Under the pieces are notes generated by a model that had not been told where the DNA came from, did not search any database, and saw only the letters and a program-made list of their open reading frames with translations. DNA of 64,000 nt, taken from the NCBI GenBank assembly GCA_963733295.1, contig CAVTCS010000003.1:1248001-1312000 (forward strand). The letters run 5' to 3'. Source of the DNA: Vulcanimicrobiota bacterium. GTDB taxonomy: Bacteria; Vulcanimicrobiota; Vulcanimicrobiia; Vulcanimicrobiales; Vulcanimicrobiaceae. The translations under genes and the position numbers were made by a program. Shown here in pieces: positions 22,679 to 31,680 of the stretch. Each line of letters begins with the position of its first letter. Position 1 is the stretch's first letter.

Positions 22679-23482
22679 CTACTTCAACGTCTCGATCGTC
22701 CAGCCGCTGACGTTCACGTAGGGCAGCGTGTTGACCGTAATCGCGCGCGTTTCCATCATCGACAGTTTGTCGATCGCGCCGTGCCGCACGTCTCCATTCA
22801 CGCTGAGCGCGACGGTGAAACCCTGACGCCCCGGATCCTCCCGGCCGCCGCCACCGCCGCCGCCACCTCCGTACCCACCGTGGAATCCGCCGTGTCCGCC
22901 GTGTCCACCCTGCGAACCTTCGCCGCTCGGCGGTTGCGCTTGCGCTTGGACGAGCATTTCGCCGGCGCCATGTAGATCGAAGCCGGCGGCGTTCGAATTC
23001 GCAATCACGACCGGCACGATCACCGGCACGTTCGCACCGGGAATCTCCGGAAGTAACAGCGAGGCGCTCCAACCGTCGCGCGTGCCTCCGCTCTCGTTGG
23101 CAAGGAGCAGGCTTATCCGGTTCAGACCGGCGATGAGGTCGTTCAGTTGAGCGTCTTGCGACGCCGTCTTATCGTTTTTCGGAATCTGCAGCGATCCATC
23201 GGAGGCGAGCTCCAGCACCGTCAGGCCGATGGGCCGGCCGCCGACACTGCCGTCGACCGTTAAGGTTGCCGGCGTCTTGCGGCGCAGCGTCACCTCGCTG
23301 ACGCTCGTTTGCGGATCGGGGTTGCCCTGTACCGTTCGCGTGACCCGATAGTGCGCGGTGCCACCGACCGGCGGGACGATCGCGATGATCGCGGGCGCGG
23401 GAGCCTGTGCGACCGCGGGAGCGACGGCCGTCGCCGCCACGACGGCAACGGCGAACGCGGCCAGACAATCTGCGTATGGCAT
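22679..23482 (-). CDS. Secreted hypothetical protein with a Gly/His-rich loop
   Basis: Signal-peptide-like N-terminus and the segment GGHGGHGGFHGGYGGGGGGGGG. Confidence 0.75.
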   Translation of the reverse strand: MPYADCLAAFAVAVVAATAVAPAVAQAPAPAIIAIVPPVGGTAHYRVTRTVQGNPDPQTSVSEVTLRRKTPATLTVDGSVGGRPIGLTVLELASDGSLQIPKNDKTASQDAQLNDLIAGLNRISLLLANESGGTRDGWSASLLLPEIPGANVPVIVPVVIANSNAAGFDLHGAGEMLVQAQAQPPSGEGSQGGHGGHGGFHGGYGGGGGGGGGREDPGRQGFTVALSVNGDVRHGAIDKLSMMETRAITVNTLPYVNVSGWTIETLK

Positions 23483-23525
23483 GCGACGAGCCTAGCCGAG
23501 CGACCTCAGGTGAGGCTGGGAGCGT

Positions 23526-24551
23526 CTAGTTCGCGAGCTGCTCGATTTGATCGGATGGTGGCGTGACCGGTGGGGACGCCGCTGCGTCCGGTTCGACGCG
23601 CCATACCTGGGGGCGCGGCTGCGGGCCGACTCCAGGACCCGTGGGCTGCGTGCGTCGCTCGTCCTCGTGCGAAACGAGGTAGCCGCCGAGGTCGACGCGA
23701 TTCGCTTGGGCGCTCACGTCTACCCCACCGTTCCCGTTCGTCTTGAGCGTCGTCGAGATCTGACCTCCGGATGTGCTCGAGTCGGTGACGGTGAGCGAAC
23801 CATCGGCGTTCAGGGTCACCGACTCGCCGCCGCCCAACTGCGCCGTCTGACCGGACTGCAGCGTCACGTTGTTGCCGTATGACGAGATCTGATACTGACC
23901 CGAAGCGTTGAGCGCGACGATGGTATTGCCGTTGTTCGTCGCGACCGAAGCGCTTTGGTTCATCGTCACGCCCTGGGCGTTCGGTTGCGTCACCTGCGTT
24001 GAAACGCGGTAGCCGCCTGCGAACGAGTTCGAGTCGAGCAAGTCCGCGTGCGAGCGCATGTTGTCCCACGAACTGTTGACGTTCTGGCCATTCGCGCTGC
24101 TCCCATTGAACGTGTCGTGCGGGTCGCCCCACGAGCTCGCGGTGGCGTTCGAGAAAAACGCCTCGTTCTGGTTCCCGGGCACCGGCTCGCATTGAGCCGA
24201 ATTTCCCTGGCAACCGGCATTCTGACCGCTCGATCCGGAACCGTACGCTCCGCTTTGCGCCGGGCTTCCGGACGAGGTTCCGGTCCCGTACCAGGAGGCG
24301 ATCTGATTGAACAGGTTGTTGACGTAGGTCGCGAAGCCGGCCATCATTGCGCTGAGCCCGTTCCCCCCGGCCAAGCCGTTCGGGGCGCCGTTTAGAGCAC
24401 CGCTGCCGGGATTAGGAAATCCGACGATCATCGCGTCGGATTGAAATGCAGGCGCGGGCGGACTCGCATATGGCGCACCCGGCGTCTCCGACGGCTGCGG
24501 CGGGAAGCCTGCGAACGGCGAGTTGAGCAAGTTGTTACCGATCCACGACAT
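23526..24551 (-). CDS. Gly/Ser/Asn-rich protein with WGDPH motif
   Basis: ATG 24551 after GGAG. Low-complexity N-terminus, SWGDPH, then a beta-rich domain. Confidence 0.75.
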   Translation of the reverse strand: MSWIGNNLLNSPFAGFPPQPSETPGAPYASPPAPAFQSDAMIVGFPNPGSGALNGAPNGLAGGNGLSAMMAGFATYVNNLFNQIASWYGTGTSSGSPAQSGAYGSGSSGQNAGCQGNSAQCEPVPGNQNEAFFSNATASSWGDPHDTFNGSSANGQNVNSSWDNMRSHADLLDSNSFAGGYRVSTQVTQPNAQGVTMNQSASVATNNGNTIVALNASGQYQISSYGNNVTLQSGQTAQLGGGESVTLNADGSLTVTDSSTSGGQISTTLKTNGNGGVDVSAQANRVDLGGYLVSHEDERRTQPTGPGVGPQPRPQVWRVEPDAAASPPVTPPSDQIEQLAN

Positions 24552-24639
24552 CGCTACTCCATTCGGGTGACGCCGGATAAACGTGTGCGCGAATCTTTCA
24601 CGCACCGGCGTCGAACCGGCAAGTGCGACTAGAGGTCGC

Positions 24640-26319
24640 TCAGATCTGCCACTCGTACGGATTCCAGAAACTCGTCACCGCGTGCGCGGGCCGATAGTTC
24701 TGCAGATCGCTGTTTTCGACGGAGAGACGCCGCGTATACCACGTGATGATCACCGGCACTTGATCGGCCAGCACCGTTTGGATCGTGTCGTACGCACGTT
24801 TACGAACGCCACGGTCGTTCGTTCCAAGCGCGAGGCGCTCGGCCGCATCGACCCTTGGGTCACAGAAATGGTACGCGTTCTGCCCGGCCGGCGGAAATTG
24901 GTCGCACATCCAAAGCGTAGAATCGTCAGGATCGACTCCGTTTAGCCACGAAAGGAACGCGACGTCAAATTTTCCGGTTTGTATGATGCCGCCGGCGCCG
25001 TACGTCGCGAAGAACAGCGACGAAACGTAGGTCTTAACGAGCGCCTCGATGCCCACGTCGTGCCAGTCGCGCTGGACGATGACCGCAGTCGCGTTTCCGT
25101 TCGCGGAGCCTTGGACGCCGATGAGCGCCAACTGCAAGCGCTTCCCGTCCTTCACGCGAATTCCATCGGCTCCGACCCTCCAACCGGCGGCGTCCAGCAA
25201 CGCGCGTGCCTTCGCGGGATCGTAGTCGTAGTGGGCGGCGTTTGGATTGTACGCCCACTGAAAACTCGGCTGATCTGTGTAACCCGGCACGTTCACACCG
25301 TGGGTGACGTCGCGGATCAAACCCTTGACATCCAGCGCGAGCCATAGGGCTCGCCGCACGCGCACGTCCGCCAGCTGCGGGCTTCGCAGGTTCAGCACGA
25401 GTTGACCGAACTGCGTAAACGGGGTGAGCACGGCCCGCGTGCCGGCGATGTTGCTCAGCTGCGGATAGTTTGAATTCGCGGCGTTGAAGTCGAGATCGGC
25501 TTCGTGCGACTTGAGCAGCGTCACGACGGTGTTCTCGTCGGGAATGGGGGTGTACCAAATCTCGCGAAGCTTGGGAGGTCCGCGCCAGTAGTGCGGATTC
25601 GCACGGAAAACGATCTTCGAGCCGCGCTGCCAGTGTTCGACCACAAACGGACCCGTCCCGACCGGCCGGCTGTTGAATTCGATCCGGTTGAGATCGGAAA
25701 ATTTCGCGAGCAGGTGAGCCGGCAACACCACGTACGGGTTTGAACACGGACCGAAGAACGTACTGATGAACGGCGCGTAGGGCCGCTTGAGGTGCACGAC
25801 GATCGTCCAAGCGTCCTTCCGCTGGATCGAATCGATGAGGTCGAATCCAACGGTCGAAGGGACGTTGTTGCGTTTGTTCATGACGGCGTGCCACGTGAAG
25901 ATGACGTCATCGGCTGTGAACGGCGACCCGTCTTGCCAAAGAACTCCCTTACGCAGATGGTAGGTGATCGTTCGGTTGTCGCGCGAGATGCCGCCGTTTT
26001 CGAGCGTCGGCACGACGGTCGCAAGTTCCGGGACGAATTCGTTGCGGTCGTTATAGTTAAAGAAGTATCCGCCCCAGAGGTACGCCAGATCCGAGTCGAT
26101 TTGAAAGTTGCCGACTAGTGGATTTAGCGAATCGGGTTCGGAGATATTGACGATTCGCAACAAGCCGTGCTGCGTCCATGGGTTGCCGGCGCTCGAGCTC
26201 GAGGTTCCGACGCGCGTGCACGCGGCGAAAGCCGCCAACGCCAGGAACGCGCACGGGAGCGCGGCCAAACGGCGCAAGCGTCGGAAAATGGCGAGCGGGT
26301 CGAAGTGTCCGGCACGCAT
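24640..26319 (-). CDS. Peptide ABC transporter substrate-binding lipoprotein (family 5)
   Basis: Lipobox FAAC plus PDSLNP, WQDGSPFTADDV, VGTGPF and DVRVRRAL motifs. Start approximate. Confidence 0.9.
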   Translation of the reverse strand: MRAGHFDPLAIFRRLRRLAALPCAFLALAAFAACTRVGTSSSSAGNPWTQHGLLRIVNISEPDSLNPLVGNFQIDSDLAYLWGGYFFNYNDRNEFVPELATVVPTLENGGISRDNRTITYHLRKGVLWQDGSPFTADDVIFTWHAVMNKRNNVPSTVGFDLIDSIQRKDAWTIVVHLKRPYAPFISTFFGPCSNPYVVLPAHLLAKFSDLNRIEFNSRPVGTGPFVVEHWQRGSKIVFRANPHYWRGPPKLREIWYTPIPDENTVVTLLKSHEADLDFNAANSNYPQLSNIAGTRAVLTPFTQFGQLVLNLRSPQLADVRVRRALWLALDVKGLIRDVTHGVNVPGYTDQPSFQWAYNPNAAHYDYDPAKARALLDAAGWRVGADGIRVKDGKRLQLALIGVQGSANGNATAVIVQRDWHDVGIEALVKTYVSSLFFATYGAGGIIQTGKFDVAFLSWLNGVDPDDSTLWMCDQFPPAGQNAYHFCDPRVDAAERLALGTNDRGVRKRAYDTIQTVLADQVPVIITWYTRRLSVENSDLQNYRPAHAVTSFWNPYEWQI

Positions 26320-26354
26320 CCCGGCGTACTTGGACTCGCGGCGCTCCGGCCCTG

Positions 26355-27191
26355 TTAGCGATCCACAAGCTCGAGCAGTTGCGGATAAACAATCGCGATG
26401 AGCTCGGGCGAACGCAGCGGTTCGATGATATCGTGCGAAGGCGGCAGACCCCCGAGCCGGTGCGTCTCGACGACGCCCGAAGCGCGCGCGCTCCACAGCC
26501 GCGCCAAGCGGCGCGCGCTTCGATTGTTTACCGCCGTCTCGCTCCCGTTTAGCACCAGTGCGATCTGGTGCGTCTTCGGCGCCTGCCTCCGCGCAGCATC
26601 GAAGAGGTTCAAGGCAAAGCGGTACGCCTGCGCGACCGCATGCGTCGGATAGCGCGGGTAGCCGTGAGCCGGCATCTGCCGCTCGCGCAACACGGGATTC
26701 CACCACATGAAGCGATTCGGCAGGTGCAGCGCGATGCGAATCGCGTGTGGACCCGCCAAGTGCGGCATGCCGTTGATTCCCAGGAAAGGCGCGATGCTCA
26801 CCGCCCGATCGACGGCATGATTCTGTGCGATCCAGGCGGCGAGGAGGCCTCCGACCGAGAACCCGGCGACGATGACTCGCTCGCCGAGCTCGCGTGCCCG
26901 GTCGACCGTGCTCTGCGCAAACTCTTCGAGCTCTTCTGCCGTCAACGCCTCGAGTGCGGTCGTCAGCCGGTCCGCGTGCCCATGATGCGGGAGCCTCGGT
27001 ATGAGCACGTTTGCGCCGCGCTCGAACAAGACTCGGCCGAACGCGGAAAATTGCTCCGGACTCGCGGTCAAGCCGTGTAGTAAAACGAAAGCCTTCGGAG
27101 CGCGCGCACCGTGCGTGAGGAGGATCGAGGGATTGGCGATGGAGCCCGGCGGCGGCGGGGAGGACACGCGGGACACGTTCGGCGCGAACAC
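26355..27191 (-). CDS. Alpha/beta hydrolase (carboxylesterase-like)
   Basis: LLHGLT, GFSVGG nucleophile elbow and C-terminal SHDII. Start uncertain (GTG 27191 or 27176). Confidence 0.82.
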   Translation of the reverse strand: MFAPNVSRVSSPPPPGSIANPSILLTHGARAPKAFVLLHGLTASPEQFSAFGRVLFERGANVLIPRLPHHGHADRLTTALEALTAEELEEFAQSTVDRARELGERVIVAGFSVGGLLAAWIAQNHAVDRAVSIAPFLGINGMPHLAGPHAIRIALHLPNRFMWWNPVLRERQMPAHGYPRYPTHAVAQAYRFALNLFDAARRQAPKTHQIALVLNGSETAVNNRSARRLARLWSARASGVVETHRLGGLPPSHDIIEPLRSPELIAIVYPQLLELVDR

Positions 27192-27230
27192 GGCGGAGCC
27201 CGGCGCCGCTGCGAGTAAGCCTAGCGGCGG

Positions 27231-27740
27231 ATGATTCCGGAACGTATCAGCCCTCAGCGGCCGGCCGACTACCTCGCGGTGATGTCCCGCGCGATCTTCC
27301 AGGCGGGGATGAGTTGGAAGTTGATCGCTTCCAAATGGGACGCCTACCTGAGGCTCTTCGAGGGATTCGATCCCGTGCTCGTGGCCGCGTTTGACGATAC
27401 CGACGTGGCACGCATCATGGACGACGGCGGCGTCGTGCGAACTCGCAAGAAGATCGTCGCGACGATCGAAAACGCGCGGGCGCTTCTCGCAATCGAGCGC
27501 GAGTACGGTCAAATGCGCGACTACTTGCGATCGTTCGACGGCTATGCAACGCTCTCGGCAGACTTACGAAAACGCTTCATGTTTTTGGGCGAGCTGAGCG
27601 CCTACTATTTTTTGTTCAGAATCGGCGAGCCCGTGCCGCGCTTCGAAGAGTGGGAGCAAACGGTGCCCGGCGACCATCCACGCATGCGCGAGATGGTCGA
27701 GCTCGCACGCGCGAACCGCGTTTCGCCGGAGACCCAGTAA
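27231..27740 (+). CDS. DNA-3-methyladenine glycosylase I family protein
   Basis: IFQAGMSW, FEGFDP, KIVATIENAR and LRKRFMFLG motifs. Confidence 0.82.
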   Translation: MIPERISPQRPADYLAVMSRAIFQAGMSWKLIASKWDAYLRLFEGFDPVLVAAFDDTDVARIMDDGGVVRTRKKIVATIENARALLAIEREYGQMRDYLRSFDGYATLSADLRKRFMFLGELSAYYFLFRIGEPVPRFEEWEQTVPGDHPRMREMVELARANRVSPETQ

Positions 27741-27793
27741 CGCGCGATTCCCGATGTTGGGTTTTGTTTCCGAAAAGCGGGGAAGAACACGGC

Positions 27794-28057
27794 ATGAGCA
27801 TTTTGGCGTGGATCTTAATCGGCTTGATCGCGGGATTCCTCGCGAAGGCTTTTGTCCCCGGCGAGGGCCCCGGCGGTTTCATCGGCGACATCGTCGTAGG
27901 CGTCGTTGGGGCACTCCTGGGCGGTTGGATCTTCAATCTGCTGGGTCACTCGGCAGTGACGGGTTTCAATCTCTACAGTATCTTCGTCGCAATGATCGGC
28001 GCAATCGTTCTCCTCGTAATCTTGCGCGCGATCGGTGCTAGCCGACCCGTCGCTTAA
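27794..28057 (+). CDS. GlsB/YeaQ/YmgE family membrane protein
   Basis: WILIGLIAG...IVVGVVGALLGG...IGAIVLL pattern. Confidence 0.9.
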   Translation: MSILAWILIGLIAGFLAKAFVPGEGPGGFIGDIVVGVVGALLGGWIFNLLGHSAVTGFNLYSIFVAMIGAIVLLVILRAIGASRPVA

Positions 28058-28067
28058 GGGAAAGCGG

Positions 28068-28104
28068 AAGGGCAGGTCACCCGACGACCTGCCCTTTTTT
28101 CTTT
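28068..28104 (+). terminator. Intrinsic terminator
   Basis: AAGGGCAGGTC-loop-GACCTGCCCTT followed by TTTTCTTT. Confidence 0.85.
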
Positions 28105-28152
28105 GCCCGCCGGATGCCGGAATCGCGAGGTGCAAACGCGTAGGGTGAGACG

Positions 28153-29442
28153 ATCGACCATCTGGTAGCGGCGCGCGCGCAAATGGGAACCTCGCTGGCG
28201 TTCCACTTCGTCTTCGCTTCGCTCGGGGTCGGTCTGCCGCTGCTGCTCGTCATCGTCGAGGGCCGCTGGCTGAGAACGCGCAACCTGCTCGACTACGAGA
28301 TCGCGCGGACGTGGTCGCGAGCCATGCTCTTGTTGTTTGCGATCGGTGCGGTTTCCGGAACGACGCTTTCTTTCGAGCTGGGTCTGCTCTGGCCGGAGTT
28401 CATGAAGCGAGCGGGCTCGATCGTCGGCATTCCGTTCTCAGCCGAAGGCTTTGCCTTCTTCATCGAAGCGATCTTTATCGGCATCTACGTCTACGGCTGG
28501 GACAAGCTTTCGCCAAGAACGCACTGGCTTTGCTCGATCGCGATCGCGGTTTCGGGAGCGGCGTCGGCGATCTTCGTGGTCGCCGTCAACGCCTGGATGA
28601 ACACACCCTCCGGCTTCGCCCTCGTGGACGGGAAACTGGTCGCCGTCGACCTCGGACGTGCTTTTTTCAGCCCCGCGTTCTTCACCGAAACCCTTCACAC
28701 GACGCTGGCCGCTTACGTGTTCGTGGGCTTTGCCGTCGCAGCCGTTTCCGCTTGGAAAGTGTTGCGCGCACCTGGCGAACCACACGCAGTCGAGGCCTTG
28801 AACGTCGGCATGCTGGTTGCCGCGCTCGCGATACCGCTTCAACTGATCGCCGGCGACCTCTCCGCGCGCTTCGACGCGCACCGCGAGCCCATCAAGTTTG
28901 CGGCCGCAGAAGCGCATTTTCAGACGTCACGCAACGCTCGACTCGTGATAGGGGGAATCGCCGATGCGACGACCCGTAGCGTGCGTGGCGCAATCGAGAT
29001 CCCGTTCATGCTCAGTTTCCTCGCTTTCGGAGACGCGAAGGCCGAGGTACGTGGTCTCGACGCATATCCGCTCTCCGAACAGCCGCCGGTCGCGATCGTT
29101 CACGCGAGCTTCGACACCATGGTTGGCAGCGGATCGGCGCTCCTACTCGCTGCTCTGTGGTGGGTGGTTGCCACGCGCTGTGGCCGCCGCGCCACGGGCG
29201 TGTGGCTCTCACGTTCGCTTGTCGTTTCGGGCTTTCTCGCCTTCATCGCGATGGAGGCCGGCTGGTTCGTAACCGAGTTCGGACGCCAGCCCTGGACGGC
29301 CGTAGGTCTTTTGCGGACGAGCGCCGCGGTCACGACGGCGCCGGCTCTCGACCTCGCGTTTTACGGCTTCTCGCTGCTCTACGTCTTTTTGGCCGTAACG
29401 CTCGTTTTGCTGCTGGCGCGAATTCCGTACTCGTCAACATGA
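28153..29442 (+). CDS. cydA: Cytochrome bd ubiquinol oxidase subunit I
   Basis: AARAQMGTSLAFH, FELGLLWP, NAWMNTP, KFAAAE and GWFVTEFGRQPW motifs. Start inferred at ATC 28153; the first ATG is at 28183. Confidence 0.93.
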   Translation: MDHLVAARAQMGTSLAFHFVFASLGVGLPLLLVIVEGRWLRTRNLLDYEIARTWSRAMLLLFAIGAVSGTTLSFELGLLWPEFMKRAGSIVGIPFSAEGFAFFIEAIFIGIYVYGWDKLSPRTHWLCSIAIAVSGAASAIFVVAVNAWMNTPSGFALVDGKLVAVDLGRAFFSPAFFTETLHTTLAAYVFVGFAVAAVSAWKVLRAPGEPHAVEALNVGMLVAALAIPLQLIAGDLSARFDAHREPIKFAAAEAHFQTSRNARLVIGGIADATTRSVRGAIEIPFMLSFLAFGDAKAEVRGLDAYPLSEQPPVAIVHASFDTMVGSGSALLLAALWWVVATRCGRRATGVWLSRSLVVSGFLAFIAMEAGWFVTEFGRQPWTAVGLLRTSAAVTTAPALDLAFYGFSLLYVFLAVTLVLLLARIPYSST

Positions 29443-30404
29443 CGGCCGAAGCGCTGGTCTCGCTCGTCGCGCTCGTTGCCATCGCGCTGTACGCGATTTT
29501 CGGAGGAGCCGACTTCGGGGGCGGCGTGCTGGATATCGCCGCGAGCGGCCCGCGCCGCGACGAACAGCGAATGGCGATCGCTCGTGCGATCGGCCCGGTC
29601 TGGGAGACCAACCACGTCTGGCTGATCTTCTGCGTGGTGCTGCTTTTCACGTGCTTTCCGCCCGCGTTCGCGTCGCTGGCGGTCGGTCTTTACTTTCCGT
29701 TGACGTTCGCATTGGTCGGAATCATTCTACGCGGTGCAGCTTTCGCGTTTCGCTCTCAGCAGTATCGCTCTGCGCCCATGGCGCAATTCTGGGGCCGCGT
29801 CTTCGGCATCGCGAGCCTCGTCACGCCGTTCTTCTTCGGAACGTGCGTCGGCGGGCTCACCCAGGGTCACTACGCGTGGACCTCACCGTTTGCGATCGCG
29901 ATCGGCTTGTTCGCCGTTACTCTTGGCGCGCAGATCGCGGCGGTCTTCCTCACCTTGGAAACCACCGGGAACTTGCGCGACGACTTCCGGATCCGGGCGC
30001 TCGTCGCTACCTTCGCGCTCGCAGGAGCCGGTGCGCTCGCCCTCGGTATCGCCGCCCTGACGGTCCCTGCGACCTTCGAGGCACTCGTGAGCCCGCAGGC
30101 GTTGCCGGGAATCGGCGCGGCGATGTTCTTAGGCTTCGTCGTGCTCGGACTAGTCTGGACGAGGCACTTCGCCACAGCCCGGATCGCGGTCGCACTCGAA
30201 GCGGTCGCGATTCTCGTCGGCTGGTACGCCTCCCAGACGCCTTATCTGATCCCCGGCGAGATGACCTACACCCAGGCGGCCGCTCCGGAAATCACGCTCC
30301 ACGCTTTCCTTTGGATCGTCGCTGCCGGTGGCGCATTGCTCGTCCCGTCGCTGTTCCTTTTGTTCCGCATCTTCAAGTCGGAGCTCCCGGCCCGATCCGG
30401 TTAG
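29439..30404 (+). CDS. cydB: Cytochrome bd ubiquinol oxidase subunit II
   Basis: GGADFGGG, IGPVWETNHVWL and LRGAAFAFR motifs. ATGA overlap with cydA. Confidence 0.93.
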   Translation: MTAEALVSLVALVAIALYAIFGGADFGGGVLDIAASGPRRDEQRMAIARAIGPVWETNHVWLIFCVVLLFTCFPPAFASLAVGLYFPLTFALVGIILRGAAFAFRSQQYRSAPMAQFWGRVFGIASLVTPFFFGTCVGGLTQGHYAWTSPFAIAIGLFAVTLGAQIAAVFLTLETTGNLRDDFRIRALVATFALAGAGALALGIAALTVPATFEALVSPQALPGIGAAMFLGFVVLGLVWTRHFATARIAVALEAVAILVGWYASQTPYLIPGEMTYTQAAAPEITLHAFLWIVAAGGALLVPSLFLLFRIFKSELPARSG

Positions 30405-30413
30405 GACGATTCC

Positions 30414-30656
30414 TTAAATCTTCTCTAATGCAGCTTTCCCGTTCGTTACGCGCACGCGGTGCGTACGATGGAAAGCGAGCAGCGCCTCGGCGCTTTGTAC
30501 TCCATCGGGAAACTCCACGAGGTGCACGAACTGTCCGGAAAGTGGGACGATCTCTTGCACGTTCGGACCACCGTCGGAGCTTCGATAGTTTTCATCAAAA
30601 TGCGGTGCCGTCGCGATGATGTTTCCGCTTTCACTCGTCACAACCACGCGTTTCAT
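30414..30656 (-). CDS. Hypothetical protein (80 aa)
   Basis: ATG after GGGAG, last gene of a tight operon. Confidence 0.65.
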   Translation of the reverse strand: MKRVVVTSESGNIIATAPHFDENYRSSDGGPNVQEIVPLSGQFVHLVEFPDGVQSAEALLAFHRTHRVRVTNGKAALEKI

Positions 30657-30668
30657 GTTCGCGCTCCC

Positions 30669-30956
30669 CTACACAAGACCGCCGCCGCCGATTTGAAAGG
30701 CCGTTCCGATTCCGGTACCGGTGATGTCTTCGCAGCGGATATCGACCGTATAGAGTACGATGCTCCCGTTCTGCTCCACGCCGTTGTTGTAGCTCACCGC
30801 CCTATTGGCGTCTGTCCGAATGGACGCGGGCATGGCAAACAACAACACGTTGCCTCGACCTGCCGGAAAGTCATTCCATCCCCAACGAAACCTTACGGCA
30901 GCACCCACATCGAGGGTATAGCTAGCTCCCGGTGAGGGACCGATGATAAAAGCCAC
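30669..30956 (-). CDS. Hypothetical beta-rich protein (95 aa) ending GGGGLV
   Basis: GTG overlaps the cupin stop (TAGTG), and the gene ends 12 nt before the next one. Confidence 0.65.
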   Translation of the reverse strand: MAFIIGPSPGASYTLDVGAAVRFRWGWNDFPAGRGNVLLFAMPASIRTDANRAVSYNNGVEQNGSIVLYTVDIRCEDITGTGIGTAFQIGGGGLV

Positions 30957-31405
30957 TACTTCGCCAGCGTCATCGATGCCGGGCCGACCCCGTTGACCTG
31001 AATGATCGTGTCACCTTTTGCCATCGCATAATGCGGTGTGCCCGCCGGGATCGAGACGAACGATCCAGCCGGCAGCGCGGTCATGTGCGCGGCGTCGAAG
31101 GTGGTCCCGACTCCGACGAGCCCGATCCCGCTCAAAATGGTCACGTTCTCGGTGTCGCCATGAGTATGGGGCGCAATCTTGACGCCATCCGGCAGTTCCA
31201 GGCGAATCGTATATTGCGAACCCGCCTTCGAAGGATCGCCGGCGAGGACGGCCAGCTTCGCCTGTGCCGGATAGGGCGCGGGCGCCGGGCCAAATTTCAC
31301 TTGATCGTACAACACGACGGTGGGTGCATCCGCCGCCCGCACGACGATCGCGGACGAGATGATGATCAAACCAAAGATCCAAACCAGAGAAACCAAACGC
31401 CGCAT
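30956..31405 (-). CDS. Secreted cupin (DUF4437-like)
   Basis: Signal peptide plus PHTHGDTE and GTPHYA cupin motifs. AGGAGG SD. Confidence 0.85.
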   Translation of the reverse strand: MRRLVSLVWIFGLIIISSAIVVRAADAPTVVLYDQVKFGPAPAPYPAQAKLAVLAGDPSKAGSQYTIRLELPDGVKIAPHTHGDTENVTILSGIGLVGVGTTFDAAHMTALPAGSFVSIPAGTPHYAMAKGDTIIQVNGVGPASMTLAK

Positions 31406-31423
31406 GACGTCCTCCTTTACATT

Positions 31424-31621
31424 CTACTCTTCGCTCTTGAGCGCGGCCCGTAACACGATCCGCAACTCTTCCCAACCGCGATAACCGTGTCTGGAGACTG
31501 AATGTTCGAGGGCCGCGGCTAGTACGTCGTCTTCTCTTCCGGAGATCCTGAGCGTGCAGCCACTCTGGCTGTTGAACTCGCGGCAATCGATGTATTTTCG
31601 TGTACTGACTGTCGTAGACAT
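31424..31621 (-). CDS. DUF1059 family small Cys/His protein
   Basis: RKYIDCRE...CTLRISG...EHSVSRHG pattern (C-x8-C...H-x4-H). Confidence 0.8.
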   Translation of the reverse strand: MSTTVSTRKYIDCREFNSQSGCTLRISGREDDVLAAALEHSVSRHGYRGWEELRIVLRAALKSEE

Positions 31622-31635
31622 ACGGCTCAGACGCG

Positions 31636-31669
31636 ATCATACAGGCCGACCGTCAAGAAATCGTTAAGA
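31636..31669 (-). promoter_or_regulatory. Direct-repeat regulator box plus -10 element
   Basis: TCTTAAC-GATT-TCTTGAC-10 nt-TATGAT. Confidence 0.75.
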
Positions 31670-31680
31670 GCCCGCGTTCC

